Origin: Clostridiales bacterium
Lineage (GTDB): Bacteria > Bacillota > Clostridia > Christensenellales > Aristaeellaceae
Length of the DNA stretch: 64,000 nt
Assembly: GCA_004556545.1 (NCBI GenBank)
Contig: SFGO01000003.1
Span: 5,121 to 69,120, forward strand
Direction of reading: 5' to 3'
Part shown: positions 17,388 to 25,905 of the stretch, one piece after another
How the letters are laid out: each line of letters begins with the position of its first letter
Position numbering within the stretch: position 1 is the first letter of the stretch
Notes under the pieces: model-generated
Database searches by the model: none
What the model was told of the DNA's origin: nothing
Seen by the model: the letters and a program-made list of their open reading frames with translations, nothing else
Translations under genes and position numbers: made by a program

Positions 17388-18098
17388 ATGGAAAAAGAAA
17401 AGAAAGTCCGGGAGGCGCTTTCGCTGGAAAGAGCGCTGATGGAACGGCTGAGCCAGTCGGAAATTCGGAATTGGCTGAAAAAATACGCCATGCCCTATCA
17501 GGAGCTGATGTCCTGCTACCGCTGCGCGCTGATGGAGGTAGAGACGAAGTTCAACGTGCTGGACGAGGAACTTTCCCTGCTGTACGACCGCAACCCCATC
17601 GAAAGCATCAAGTCCCGCATCAAGTCGCCGGAGAGCATCGTGGATAAGGCCGTGCGTAAGGGCATTCCCATGACGGTGGAGAGCATCGAGAAAAACCTGC
17701 GGGATATTGCGGGCCTGCGGGTCATCTGCGCCTTTCCCAGCGATATTTATATGCTGGCCGATGCGCTGCTTCGGCAGGACGATGTGACGCTGATCGAGCG
17801 CAAGGATTATATTCAGAACCCCAAGGATAACGGCTACCGCAGCCTGCATCTGATTATTGAGATTCCGATTTTTCTGCATAATCAGACCCGCCGGATGAAG
17901 GTGGAGGTGCAGCTGCGCACCATCGCCATGGACTGGTGGGCCAGTTTGGAGCACAAGATTCGCTATAAGAAGGATCTGACGAACGACGAGGCCATCTTCG
18001 CCGAGCTGCGGGAGTGCGCGGAAGTGAGCGCCCGGCTGGATCAGCGGATGCAAGGCATTCACGAAAAAGCGGAAAACGGGAAAAACTCTGTTTTGTAA
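17388..18098 (+). CDS. small alarmone synthetase (RelP/RelQ-type GTP pyrophosphokinase)
   Basis: IKSRIKSPESIVDK...DIAGLRVICAFPSDIY...NGYRSLHLII...EVQLRTIAMDWWASLEHKIRYK are the RelA/SpoT synthetase-domain motifs. No hydrolase or regulatory domains. 236 aa. Confidence 0.85.
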   Translation: MEKEKKVREALSLERALMERLSQSEIRNWLKKYAMPYQELMSCYRCALMEVETKFNVLDEELSLLYDRNPIESIKSRIKSPESIVDKAVRKGIPMTVESIEKNLRDIAGLRVICAFPSDIYMLADALLRQDDVTLIERKDYIQNPKDNGYRSLHLIIEIPIFLHNQTRRMKVEVQLRTIAMDWWASLEHKIRYKKDLTNDEAIFAELRECAEVSARLDQRMQGIHEKAENGKNSVL

Positions 18099-18117
18099 GC
18101 GAATTCTGATTTTGAAT

Positions 18118-18146
18118 TGACAGGACGGAAAGGCTATGGTAAGATA
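18118..18146 (+). promoter_or_regulatory. extended -10 promoter of the GRE activase/GRE operon
   Basis: TTGACA (18118-18123), 17-nt spacer ending in TGG, TAAGAT (18141-18146). Confidence 0.6.
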
Positions 18147-18155
18147 TTTTCGGCA

Positions 18156-18173
18156 TTATTAACGTTAACAATT
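18156..18173 (+). promoter_or_regulatory. 18-bp near-perfect palindrome (candidate operator) at about +4 to +21 of the GRE operon
   Basis: ATTATTAAC|GTTAACAAT has 17 of 18 positions symmetric, with a perfect core TTAACGTTAA. The central AACGTT resembles LacI/GalR-type operators. Confidence 0.4.
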
Positions 18174-18202
18174 TTGAGATTCAGAGAAAAGGAGGGAAGG
18201 CG

Positions 18203-19045
18203 TTGACGGGACAAGTCTTTGATCTGGAAGAATTCGCCGTGTACGACGGCCCCGGCATTCGCTATGCCGTGTTTCTCAAGGGCTGCCCGCTGCGCTGCCA
18301 CTGGTGCCATAATCCCGAGGGGCTTTCCGCCGCGCCGCAGATCATGGTTTCCCAGATGTGCGTCCATTGCGGAGCCTGCCGAAAGGTCTGCCCCTCGCCG
18401 GAGCGCTGCACGGGCTGCGGCGCATGCGTCGGCGTTTGCCCGGTCGGCGCGCGGCGGCTGTGCGGACGGGCAATGACGGCGGAGGCAGTGGCGGAAAAGA
18501 TTCGGCCCAGCCTGCCGGTTTTGCAGCTCAATGGGGGAGGCGTGACCTTCACCGGCGGGGAAGTACTGATGCAGCCGGATTTCGTGCTGGCGGTACGCGC
18601 CCTTCTGCCGGAAGCCCATGCAGCCATCGAGACCAGCGGCTATGCCCAGCCGGAGGTTTTTCAGCGGGTAGCGAAAGCCATGGATCTGGTCATCATGGAT
18701 GTCAAGCTGGCGGATCCGGCGCTGCACCGCCGGTGGACAGGGGTGGACAATGGGCCGATTCTGCGGAATCTGGACTGGCTGAAGAAAAGCGGTATCCCCT
18801 TCTGGATCCGGATTCCGCTGATCCCCACCGTGAACGACACCGAGGAAAACATGCGCCGGACAGCGGCGCTGCTTCAGGGCGCTGCCCGGCTGGAACGGGT
18901 GGAGCTGCTTCCCTATCACAAAACCGCCGGCGCGAAATATGCGGCGGCAGGGATGAACTACGATCCCGGCTTTCCCACCGGGCAGGAACCCCAAATTCAT
19001 CTGGAATCCTTTCAGGAGGCGAAAATACCATGCGTCGTGAACTGA
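18203..19045 (+). CDS. glycyl-radical enzyme activating protein (radical SAM, PFL2-type with two extra ferredoxin-like clusters)
   Basis: TTG start after AAAGGAGGG. Radical SAM motif CPLRCHWCHNPE (CX3CX2C). Additional cluster motifs CVHCGACRKVCP and CTGCGACVGVCP. 280 aa. Confidence 0.85.
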   Translation: MTGQVFDLEEFAVYDGPGIRYAVFLKGCPLRCHWCHNPEGLSAAPQIMVSQMCVHCGACRKVCPSPERCTGCGACVGVCPVGARRLCGRAMTAEAVAEKIRPSLPVLQLNGGGVTFTGGEVLMQPDFVLAVRALLPEAHAAIETSGYAQPEVFQRVAKAMDLVIMDVKLADPALHRRWTGVDNGPILRNLDWLKKSGIPFWIRIPLIPTVNDTEENMRRTAALLQGAARLERVELLPYHKTAGAKYAAAGMNYDPGFPTGQEPQIHLESFQEAKIPCVVN

Positions 19046-20946
19046 CCCCTCAGCGCTGGGAGGAAATTTCCCGGCAGATTCAAGACCCCGCCCTTCCGCT
19101 GGACGAACGGGCCGCTCTGCGGCTTCGGCTCTTTTTGGAGGAAGAGGACGCCGCGCCGGTGGATTCGCCCATTCCGCTGGCACGTTCCATCATCCGTTTC
19201 CCGGATATCTACGCCCCCGGCGAGGCCGAACGGCTGCGTCAGGGCTGCCATATTCATGAGCAGGGCCGGGTCTGCAACCTGAGCTCCGACTGGGAGGGCG
19301 TACTCCGGGGCGGCCTGCTGGCCCGCCGGGGTGCATCCCACGCGCAGGACGTCTGCGTGGACGCGGTGCTGGCCTTTGCCGACCGGCTGGAGGATCCCGT
19401 CCTGTCCCGCGCCGTCCGGAAGGGCGCGAAAACCTACCGGGAGGCGCTGTGCCTGCTGCGGCTTTTGCATTTCGTGCTCTGGGCCAGCAATACCTATCAC
19501 AATACGCTGGGCCGGTTCGACCAGTACATGTACCCCTACTATCAGGCGGATAAGCAAGCCGGAACGCTGACCGATGAAGAAGCCCTGCATCTGACGAAGG
19601 AATTCTTCCTGTCCTGCAACCGGGATAACGATCTTTACACCGGCATGCAGCTGGGGGACAACGGTCAGAGCCTGATGCTGGGCGGCTGCGACCGGGAGGG
19701 CCGCTGCGCCGTGAACGAGCTGACCCTTCTCTGCCTGCGGGCGGCGCTGGAAAACCGGCAGATCGACCCCAAGATCAACCTGCGGGTTGATCGGAACACG
19801 CCCCTTTCCCTGTACGAAAAGGGAACCGAGCTGACCCGTCAGGGTCTGGGCTTCCCTCAGTATGCCAACGACGACGTGGTCATTCCCGCGATGATCGCCA
19901 TGGGTTATGCGCCGGAGGACGCCAGAGACTATACCGTCGCGGCCTGCTGGGAGTTCATCATTCCCGGCAAGGGGATGGATATTCCCAATATCGGCGCGGT
20001 TTCGCTGGCGGACGTGGTCAGCCGGATGGTGCGGGAAAAGCTGGTTTCCTGCCACACGTATGAGGAATTCTTCGCGCAGGTGAAGCAGGAGCTTTTCCGG
20101 CGGGCTGACGAGCTGGAAGCCTCTTTGAAGCCGCTGTGGGTAGAGCCCGCGCCCTACCAGTCCCTGCTCATGAGCGACTGGCGGCAGGATATTTCGCTGG
20201 GCGCAAAGTACAACAATTACGGCATTCACGGCACCGGCTTCGCGACTGCGGTAGACCAGCTGGCCGTGGTGAAGAAGCTGATCTTTGAAGAAAAGTCCGT
20301 GACAAAGGAAGTCCTGCTGGCCGCCTTGGCGGATGACTTCGCGTCGGAGCCTGTCCTGCGGCGGACGCTGCTGGACGCGCCCAAGCTGGGCCGGGACGAA
20401 AGCTGCATTCCGCTGGCGGACGCGCTGCTGAGCGCCTTTGCCGATTCCTGGCAGGGCCGCCGGAACGAGCGGGGCGGCGTCTTCCGCGCCGGGACGGGCA
20501 GCGCCATGTATTACCTCTGGCATGGCCGGGAACTTCCCGCTACCTGCGATGGCCGCAGGGCGGGCGAGCCGCTGTCGGCCAACTTCACGCCGTCGCTGAC
20601 CTGCGGCAGTTCTCTGCCCCTGAGCGCCGTCCGCGCCATGGCCCGTCCGGGCCTGAACCGCGTCATGAACGGCGGCCCCCTGACGCTGGAGCTGCACGAT
20701 TCCCTTTTCCGCACGCCGGAGGGAACGCAGAAGACCGCGCAGCTGGTGCGCACCTTTATTCAGCTGGGCGGCCATCAGCTGCAGCTGAACGCCGTTTCGC
20801 CCGAAACGCTTCAGGACGCCATGCTTCATCCCGAAGCCCATCGGAACCTGATCGTCCGGGTCTGGGGCTGGAGCGGCCGCTTCGTGGAACTGGATCGGGA
20901 GTATCAGGATCAGATTTTACATCGGGTCTGCTACCGGCAGGAATAA
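19030..20946 (+). CDS. glycyl-radical enzyme, compact 638-aa PFL2/dehydratase-like form
   Basis: ATG 19030 after AGGAGG, overlapping the activase stop by 16 nt. Motifs: GFPQYANDDVVIP, Cys loop AAC306WE, ATCDGRRAGEPLS and the C-terminal radical motif LIVRVWG613WSGRFVEL. Confidence 0.8.
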   Translation: MRRELTPQRWEEISRQIQDPALPLDERAALRLRLFLEEEDAAPVDSPIPLARSIIRFPDIYAPGEAERLRQGCHIHEQGRVCNLSSDWEGVLRGGLLARRGASHAQDVCVDAVLAFADRLEDPVLSRAVRKGAKTYREALCLLRLLHFVLWASNTYHNTLGRFDQYMYPYYQADKQAGTLTDEEALHLTKEFFLSCNRDNDLYTGMQLGDNGQSLMLGGCDREGRCAVNELTLLCLRAALENRQIDPKINLRVDRNTPLSLYEKGTELTRQGLGFPQYANDDVVIPAMIAMGYAPEDARDYTVAACWEFIIPGKGMDIPNIGAVSLADVVSRMVREKLVSCHTYEEFFAQVKQELFRRADELEASLKPLWVEPAPYQSLLMSDWRQDISLGAKYNNYGIHGTGFATAVDQLAVVKKLIFEEKSVTKEVLLAALADDFASEPVLRRTLLDAPKLGRDESCIPLADALLSAFADSWQGRRNERGGVFRAGTGSAMYYLWHGRELPATCDGRRAGEPLSANFTPSLTCGSSLPLSAVRAMARPGLNRVMNGGPLTLELHDSLFRTPEGTQKTAQLVRTFIQLGGHQLQLNAVSPETLQDAMLHPEAHRNLIVRVWGWSGRFVELDREYQDQILHRVCYRQE

Positions 20947-21031
20947 GTTTTTTTTGAAAATCGGCGAACGCCCCGTTCGTGCCTTTCGGCGCGGATGGGG
21001 TGTTTGTTCTTTTTCCATGCAAACGCCGCCT

Positions 21032-21061
21032 GCATTTTTCTTCCTTTCCTGAGCCATACTA
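21032..21061 (+). promoter_or_regulatory. candidate forespore (sigma-G-like) promoter of the ger operon
   Basis: GCATT, 18 nt, CATACTA compares with the B. subtilis sigma-G consensus GHATR-17/18-CATXHTA. There is one mismatch in the -35 element. It lies 43 nt upstream of the gerA-like ATG. Confidence 0.35.
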
Positions 21062-21103
21062 CTAGCGCGAATGAACCAAACAGTCAAAGGGGAAGCAGGA
21101 CGG

Positions 21104-22600
21104 ATGCAGACGATTTTTTCCCGGAATCTGGAGAAAAACCTGAAGACGCTTCAGGAACGGCTCCATCTGGACGTAAACGACGATGTGGTGGTAAGGCGCT
21201 TCAGCGCGCTGGGGCAGGAGTGTGCCCTTGTGTATGTGGAGGGGCTTTCCGATGGGGAGCAGATGGCGCAGCATATCCTTCGGCCCATGATGAACAGCCC
21301 TCTGTCCCTGACGGGCCGAAGCGCCGCCGAGCAGGCGCTGCAGAACGTGCTCACCGTGCCGGAGGCGGAAAGCGGGCCGGAAATTTCGCGGGCGTTGGAT
21401 GATCTGCTCCGGGGCCTGTGCCTTTTATTGATCGACGGATGCGATCAGGCTTTGCGGATCGACCTGCGCTCCTATTCCCGCCGCGCCCTTTCCACCCCTC
21501 AGAATGAAACGGTGGTGGTGGGGCCAAACGACGCCTTCAACGAAACCCTGCGGGACAATCTGACCATTCTGCACCGGCGGCTCCCATCGCCGGATTTTGT
21601 TTGCAGCATACGGAAAGTCGGCACGGAAACGCCGGGGCAGGTCGCGCTGTGCTATCTGGACGGCGTGTGTCCTGCGGAAACGGTGGAGGAGCTTCAGCGG
21701 CGGCTGGACGGCGTGGGGCTGGATTATGTTCTGTCCGCCGGAACGCTGGAGCAGCTGATTGAGGACGATCCCTACGCACCCCTGCCCCAGATGGTGGGCA
21801 CGGAGCGGCCCGACCGGGTGGTCAGCTTCCTGATGGAGGGACAGGCCGTTTTGCTGCTGGACGGAAGCCCCCGGGCGCTGGCCCTTCCCGTCAGCCTGTG
21901 GCACCTGTTCCACGCGCCGGACGACAGCTATATGCGCTGGCAGTACGGTACCTTCATGCGGCTTCTGCGCTTGCTGGGGGCGCTGGTGACGCTGCTGCTG
22001 CCCGCAGTGTTCGTCAGTCTGGTGGTGTATCATCCCATCACCATCCCCATGACGCTGCTGACCAGCATCATGCAAAGCCGCACCAACGTGCCCATCAATC
22101 TGTTTGAGGAAACCCTCCTGATGGTGGCGGTGTTCGCCCTGATCAACGAATCGGCCATCCGCATCCCCGGCATGATGGGCTCGTCGCTGGGGCTGGTCAG
22201 TACGCTGATCTTAGGCACGGCGGCGGTGGACGCGGGGCTGGTCAGCCCGCTTCTGATTATCGTGGTGGCTCTTTCCGGGCTGGGAAGCTACGCCATGCCC
22301 AACTATCCGCTGTCCTTCGCCTTTCGGATGGGGCAGGTGGTGCTGCTGCTGGCGGCGGGCATTACGGGGATTTCCGGCCTGTGTTATGCCGTAGTGATGC
22401 TGTTGTGCTGGGTGGCGGCCATGGAAAGTCTGGGGCAGCCCTTTCTGGCCCCGGGAAGCCCCCGCCGTACCCATAACCCCGATCTGCTGTTTCGGGCCCC
22501 CACCTTCCGTCAGCGCCTGCGGGCCTATCTGAGCAACCCGGAGGAAATGAAGCGGGCCTACGGACGGATGCGCCGCTTTGACGGGAGGAAGAAGGAATGA
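21104..22600 (+). CDS. spore germination protein, GerA-family A subunit
   Basis: N-terminus ...LKTLQERLHLDVNDDVVVRRF....ALVYVEGLSD. The C-terminal membrane part is HPITIPMTLLTSIMQSRTNVPINLFEE...NESAIRIPG...LSGLGSYAMPNY. Both are typical of GerAA/GerKA. Confidence 0.85.
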   Translation: MQTIFSRNLEKNLKTLQERLHLDVNDDVVVRRFSALGQECALVYVEGLSDGEQMAQHILRPMMNSPLSLTGRSAAEQALQNVLTVPEAESGPEISRALDDLLRGLCLLLIDGCDQALRIDLRSYSRRALSTPQNETVVVGPNDAFNETLRDNLTILHRRLPSPDFVCSIRKVGTETPGQVALCYLDGVCPAETVEELQRRLDGVGLDYVLSAGTLEQLIEDDPYAPLPQMVGTERPDRVVSFLMEGQAVLLLDGSPRALALPVSLWHLFHAPDDSYMRWQYGTFMRLLRLLGALVTLLLPAVFVSLVVYHPITIPMTLLTSIMQSRTNVPINLFEETLLMVAVFALINESAIRIPGMMGSSLGLVSTLILGTAAVDAGLVSPLLIIVVALSGLGSYAMPNYPLSFAFRMGQVVLLLAAGITGISGLCYAVVMLLCWVAAMESLGQPFLAPGSPRRTHNPDLLFRAPTFRQRLRAYLSNPEEMKRAYGRMRRFDGRKKE

Positions 22601-23697
22601 TCGCATGGATTCGCCGGGCCCGCCAGACCCGGACGCAGGTGGACAGCCCCGGCGCCATGCAGCGGGAGCGGGACGCGGGGCTTCGGCTGGCCTTCCGGGT
22701 GCTGGGGGCCATGCAGCTGACCACACAGCTGCTTTTGTGGACCATTCAGTCCGGCTACGACCATCTGCGGCAGACCACATGGCAGGCGGAGGTCTTTCTG
22801 ACCGTGCCCACGCTGCTGTTGTGGCTTCTGTGGCGGCGGGCCTGCCGTGGCGGGCTGGAGGGCGGCAGGCGCTACTGGGCGCTTCTGCTGCTGCCCAACC
22901 TGTGCCTGGACGCATACCTGTGTATGCTGGCCTCCAACTCGCTGATTTCCGATCTGATCCCGGCGAAAACGCCGCTGGCGTGGCCGCTGGTGGTGACGTT
23001 TTTCCCGGTGGTATCCAGCTGGCTGAGCCGGGACAAGGGCGCGGCCTACGGGGCGTATACGATGCGCTGGCTGCTGGCGGCGCTGGTGCTTTGCTCCACG
23101 GTCTTCTCCGGCGGCGACGTGAGCCTGGAGCGACTTCATCCCCTGCTGGGGGACGGTCTGGGCAAGACGCTGCTGTTCGCCGCGCCGGGCATGGGGGCCG
23201 TGTGGGGTGTGGCGCTGCTGGAGCTGTTCCCCCTCCGCCGGGGAAGCCCGGAGCCGGACCGCCGGGAGAAAAGGAGGGATTGGCTGTTCATCGCCCTGCC
23301 GCTTTTTTGCTGCGTGCTGTGGGCCCTGTGGCTGAGCATGCTGGAGCCATGGCAGCCGGAGGAATGCTGGGACGCGGGGCGAAAGCTGGCGGGGCTGAAT
23401 CAATACGGCTCCAATATTCTGATCTACGGGCTGAGCATTCTGTTCTGGATGCTGATGCTGCCCGTTTCCCTGCTGGGGACGACCACGGCGGGCAAACTGC
23501 TTTTGGCGCGGGCTTTTCCGAAGATCCCCAAGGGCCTGTGGCCGCCTGCTCTGCTGCTGCCGGGGCTGGCGCTGCTGGCTGTTTCGCCCTCCGCCATTTT
23601 GGACGGCGTACCGTGGATTTTGCCGCTGCGCTACGGGCTTTCGCTGGCCGCTGCCTGCGCCCTTTGCCTGTGCCGGCCCCGAAAGGAGAAAACATGA
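22597..23697 (+). CDS. polytopic membrane protein in the GerB-subunit position (divergent germinant-receptor B-like)
   Basis: ATGA overlaps at both ends (22597-22600 and 23694-23697). 366 aa with about 10 hydrophobic helices, the size and position of GerAB. I cannot recognise APC-family signature motifs by eye. Confidence 0.5.
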   Translation: MIAWIRRARQTRTQVDSPGAMQRERDAGLRLAFRVLGAMQLTTQLLLWTIQSGYDHLRQTTWQAEVFLTVPTLLLWLLWRRACRGGLEGGRRYWALLLLPNLCLDAYLCMLASNSLISDLIPAKTPLAWPLVVTFFPVVSSWLSRDKGAAYGAYTMRWLLAALVLCSTVFSGGDVSLERLHPLLGDGLGKTLLFAAPGMGAVWGVALLELFPLRRGSPEPDRREKRRDWLFIALPLFCCVLWALWLSMLEPWQPEECWDAGRKLAGLNQYGSNILIYGLSILFWMLMLPVSLLGTTTAGKLLLARAFPKIPKGLWPPALLLPGLALLAVSPSAILDGVPWILPLRYGLSLAAACALCLCRPRKEKT

Positions 23698-24791
23698 AAA
23701 GAATCTGGCTGGCGGCTCTAATCCTGAGCCTTTGCCTTGGCTGTCTGACGGGCTGCGACGTGATCTCCGTGATGGAGCGGCAGACCTACGCCCTGTGCTT
23801 TGCCGTGGACGCGGCGGAGGACGGCGGCCTTGTGCTGAGCGTGCAGACCCCGGTCAACGGCAGCGGCGACGATACCTCCGCCACCCCGGAGTACTCGGTG
23901 TTCACCGCCACAGGCCCCACCTTTGAGGACGCCATGGCCGTGCTGACCGCCACCACGCCCTGCACCGTGAATTTCTGCCAGCTGAAATTGTGCGTCTTCG
24001 GCTACGAGCTGGCATCCCGGGAGCGGCTGCAGCCGCTTCTGCACAAGATCACCACCATCTCCACCATGCGGCCCAACGCCATGGTCGCCGTGGCGCTGGG
24101 CCGGGGCGAGGAGGTGCTGCACGCCATTAAGCCGGATTTCGGGATGCGGCTGAGCACCTATCTGGATATTTTTATGGACCGGCTGGAAAAAGCCAAGCTG
24201 CTGCCCCGGCATACGGTGACCTGCCTTCTGCGGGATCTGGATACGGAAATGATGGATCCCATCATTGCGGTGTGCGCCGTCAATCCGGCCCTGCAGGAAG
24301 AAGCCCAGCCGCAGGAAGGCGACGAAGAACAGCAGACGCAGGAAAGTCAGACGGTTTTTGCCCGGGGCAATATCGAGGACGAGGCCTTCTCCGTGCCCGG
24401 GGCGCTGGCCGGGCGGATGCCCCGCACCGGCAGCAATCCGGTGGAATATACCGGCAGCGCCGCCATTGGGGAGGACCGGGTCAGCGGCCTTCTGGATGCG
24501 GAGACCACCCAGACCGTGCTGCGGCTGGCCAAAGCCGCCCGGCTGGAGGTGGGCTGGGACGGGGAGCGCACCCAGCTGCGCGTCTGCCTTGGCAGGCGCA
24601 CCCGCATGGACGGGGCCCTCAGCGACGAACGCATACAAAAAGCAGTGGAGACCCTGCAGGGGTTCCACTGCGACGCGCTGGGCTTTGGCGGGGCCAGCGC
24701 CCGGTGCTTTGCTTGTAATGAAGAGTGGGAAAAATGGGACATTCGCCAGCGCTATCCCACGGCGGAAATTTTGATTATGCGTTCAGAGTGA
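23694..24791 (+). CDS. Ger(x)C-family spore germination lipoprotein
   Basis: Lipobox LGCLTGC in MKRIWLAALILSLCLGCLTGCDV, followed by ERQTYALCFAVDAAEDGG. This is typical of the GerAC N-terminus. It is the third gene of the ger operon. Confidence 0.75.
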   Translation: MKRIWLAALILSLCLGCLTGCDVISVMERQTYALCFAVDAAEDGGLVLSVQTPVNGSGDDTSATPEYSVFTATGPTFEDAMAVLTATTPCTVNFCQLKLCVFGYELASRERLQPLLHKITTISTMRPNAMVAVALGRGEEVLHAIKPDFGMRLSTYLDIFMDRLEKAKLLPRHTVTCLLRDLDTEMMDPIIAVCAVNPALQEEAQPQEGDEEQQTQESQTVFARGNIEDEAFSVPGALAGRMPRTGSNPVEYTGSAAIGEDRVSGLLDAETTQTVLRLAKAARLEVGWDGERTQLRVCLGRRTRMDGALSDERIQKAVETLQGFHCDALGFGGASARCFACNEEWEKWDIRQRYPTAEILIMRSE

Positions 24792-25701
24792 CGGAATGGG
24801 GCAGCGCTACGTTGTCCGGCTTGGGCACATGATATTCCGCGCCCTCGTTGTAATACACCCTGTCCGGGGGCGCTTCCAGCTCCTCCGGGTGTTTCAGATA
24901 GTACTTCATGGACGCAAACAGCCGGGCGTACACCGCGCCGCCGCAGATGCGCTCGTCCACGGTCATGCCCATGGGCAGGGTGCATTTGCGGAACACCTTG
25001 CCGGTAGCGTCCACCGCGTGGGAACGCTCTGGGCAGCCCAGCGACAGAAACATGGTGGTATCGCCGAAATTGTAGATATGATGATACACCCGCGTCATGC
25101 CGATGGAGGCCATGTTGGTCACAAACAGGCTGGTATGGAAGGGCAGCGCGTCCATCAGCGCCTTGGGGAACAGATCGTGGTGATCCAGAAAATTGGCGAC
25201 ATGCACCACCAGATTGGGCAGAAGCGGCACCTTCAGCAGGGCGGAGGCCAGCTTGATGGCAGCGCTGTCATCGTCCGTCCGGCGGCCTTCTTCAATGGTC
25301 TGCTTCACGCGGGTGCTGACCTCGAAGATGGTATCGCTGGGGTCGAATTTCACCTTGACGGCATTTTCCTCGGGCTGCCCGTCTTCCGTGGGCCGCAGGA
25401 CGACGAAGCTCACCGCCAGCTCGGTACGGTTGTAGAATTTGCGGTTCATGATGAACCGGTTGGCCTCCGGCACCTGAGAAATCGCCCGCACAAAGGCGGC
25501 GATGATCAGTTCCATGAAGGTGATTTTAACGCCCTCGCGGCTTTTCTGGCTCATGTAGCGGATCAGCGGCTCGTATTCCGCGTCGTAGGCCAGAAAGACT
25601 TGCGCGTCGCAGCGCCAGGGCATCAGGTACGGGGTAATCTGGACGATGGGGTCAAGGTGCTTGACTCTTTTTCCTTCGGGACGGCGTCCAAACATAGGCA
25701 T
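24775..25701 (-). CDS. stand-alone 2-oxoacid dehydrogenase E2-like (CAT-fold) acyltransferase domain protein with an altered active-site motif
   Basis: 308 aa with no lipoyl or E3-binding domains. The C-terminal ...LPMGMTVDERICGGAVYARLFASMKYYLKHPEEL aligns with the E2 signature sxDHRxxDGaxaaxFLxxLxxxLExP, but DHR..DG is replaced by DER..GG. Confidence 0.65.
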   Translation of the reverse strand: MPMFGRRPEGKRVKHLDPIVQITPYLMPWRCDAQVFLAYDAEYEPLIRYMSQKSREGVKITFMELIIAAFVRAISQVPEANRFIMNRKFYNRTELAVSFVVLRPTEDGQPEENAVKVKFDPSDTIFEVSTRVKQTIEEGRRTDDDSAAIKLASALLKVPLLPNLVVHVANFLDHHDLFPKALMDALPFHTSLFVTNMASIGMTRVYHHIYNFGDTTMFLSLGCPERSHAVDATGKVFRKCTLPMGMTVDERICGGAVYARLFASMKYYLKHPEELEAPPDRVYYNEGAEYHVPKPDNVALPHSVTLNA

Positions 25702-25827
25702 GCTTCCTTTCTTTCGCCGGTGTTTTCGCTTCGTCCGCGCCCCGTCCCATCGGAAAAGGCAGCATGGGAATCATAGCAGTATAAAAGAAGCCCGTCAGGA
25801 TACGGCCGCTGGACTGAAAGCAAGGCT

Positions 25828-25856
25828 ATTGTATCCTGAAAGGGCTTTTGCGTCAA
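25828..25856 (-). promoter_or_regulatory. promoter of the E2-like gene
   Basis: On the minus strand: TTGACG (25856-25851), 17-nt spacer, TACAAT (25833-25828). Confidence 0.5.
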
Positions 25857-25905
25857 GGAAAAACGGAAATCTCAGGGTGTTGAAAAATGATCGGCCCCAA
25901 TCGTT

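Noticed and set aside
18358-19029. N-terminal 224 codons of the 862-aa ORF 18358-20946, which would make the GRE canonical in length
   Set aside because: This part overlaps the activase gene in another frame. It translates to Arg/Gly/Ala-rich low-complexity sequence with no GRE similarity. A proper AGGAGG-ATG start exists at 19030. The GRE is therefore called as 638 aa.
19012-20841. 609-aa minus-strand ORF antisense to the glycyl-radical enzyme
   Set aside because: Shadow ORF in GC-rich DNA. The plus-strand frame has the GRE Cys loop and Gly motif.
22578-23693. N-terminal half of the 737-aa ORF 22578-24791
   Set aside because: It overlaps the GerB-position gene in a different frame and is Ala/Gly/Pro/Arg-rich. 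The real gene (GerC lipoprotein) starts at ATG 23694 with a lipobox.
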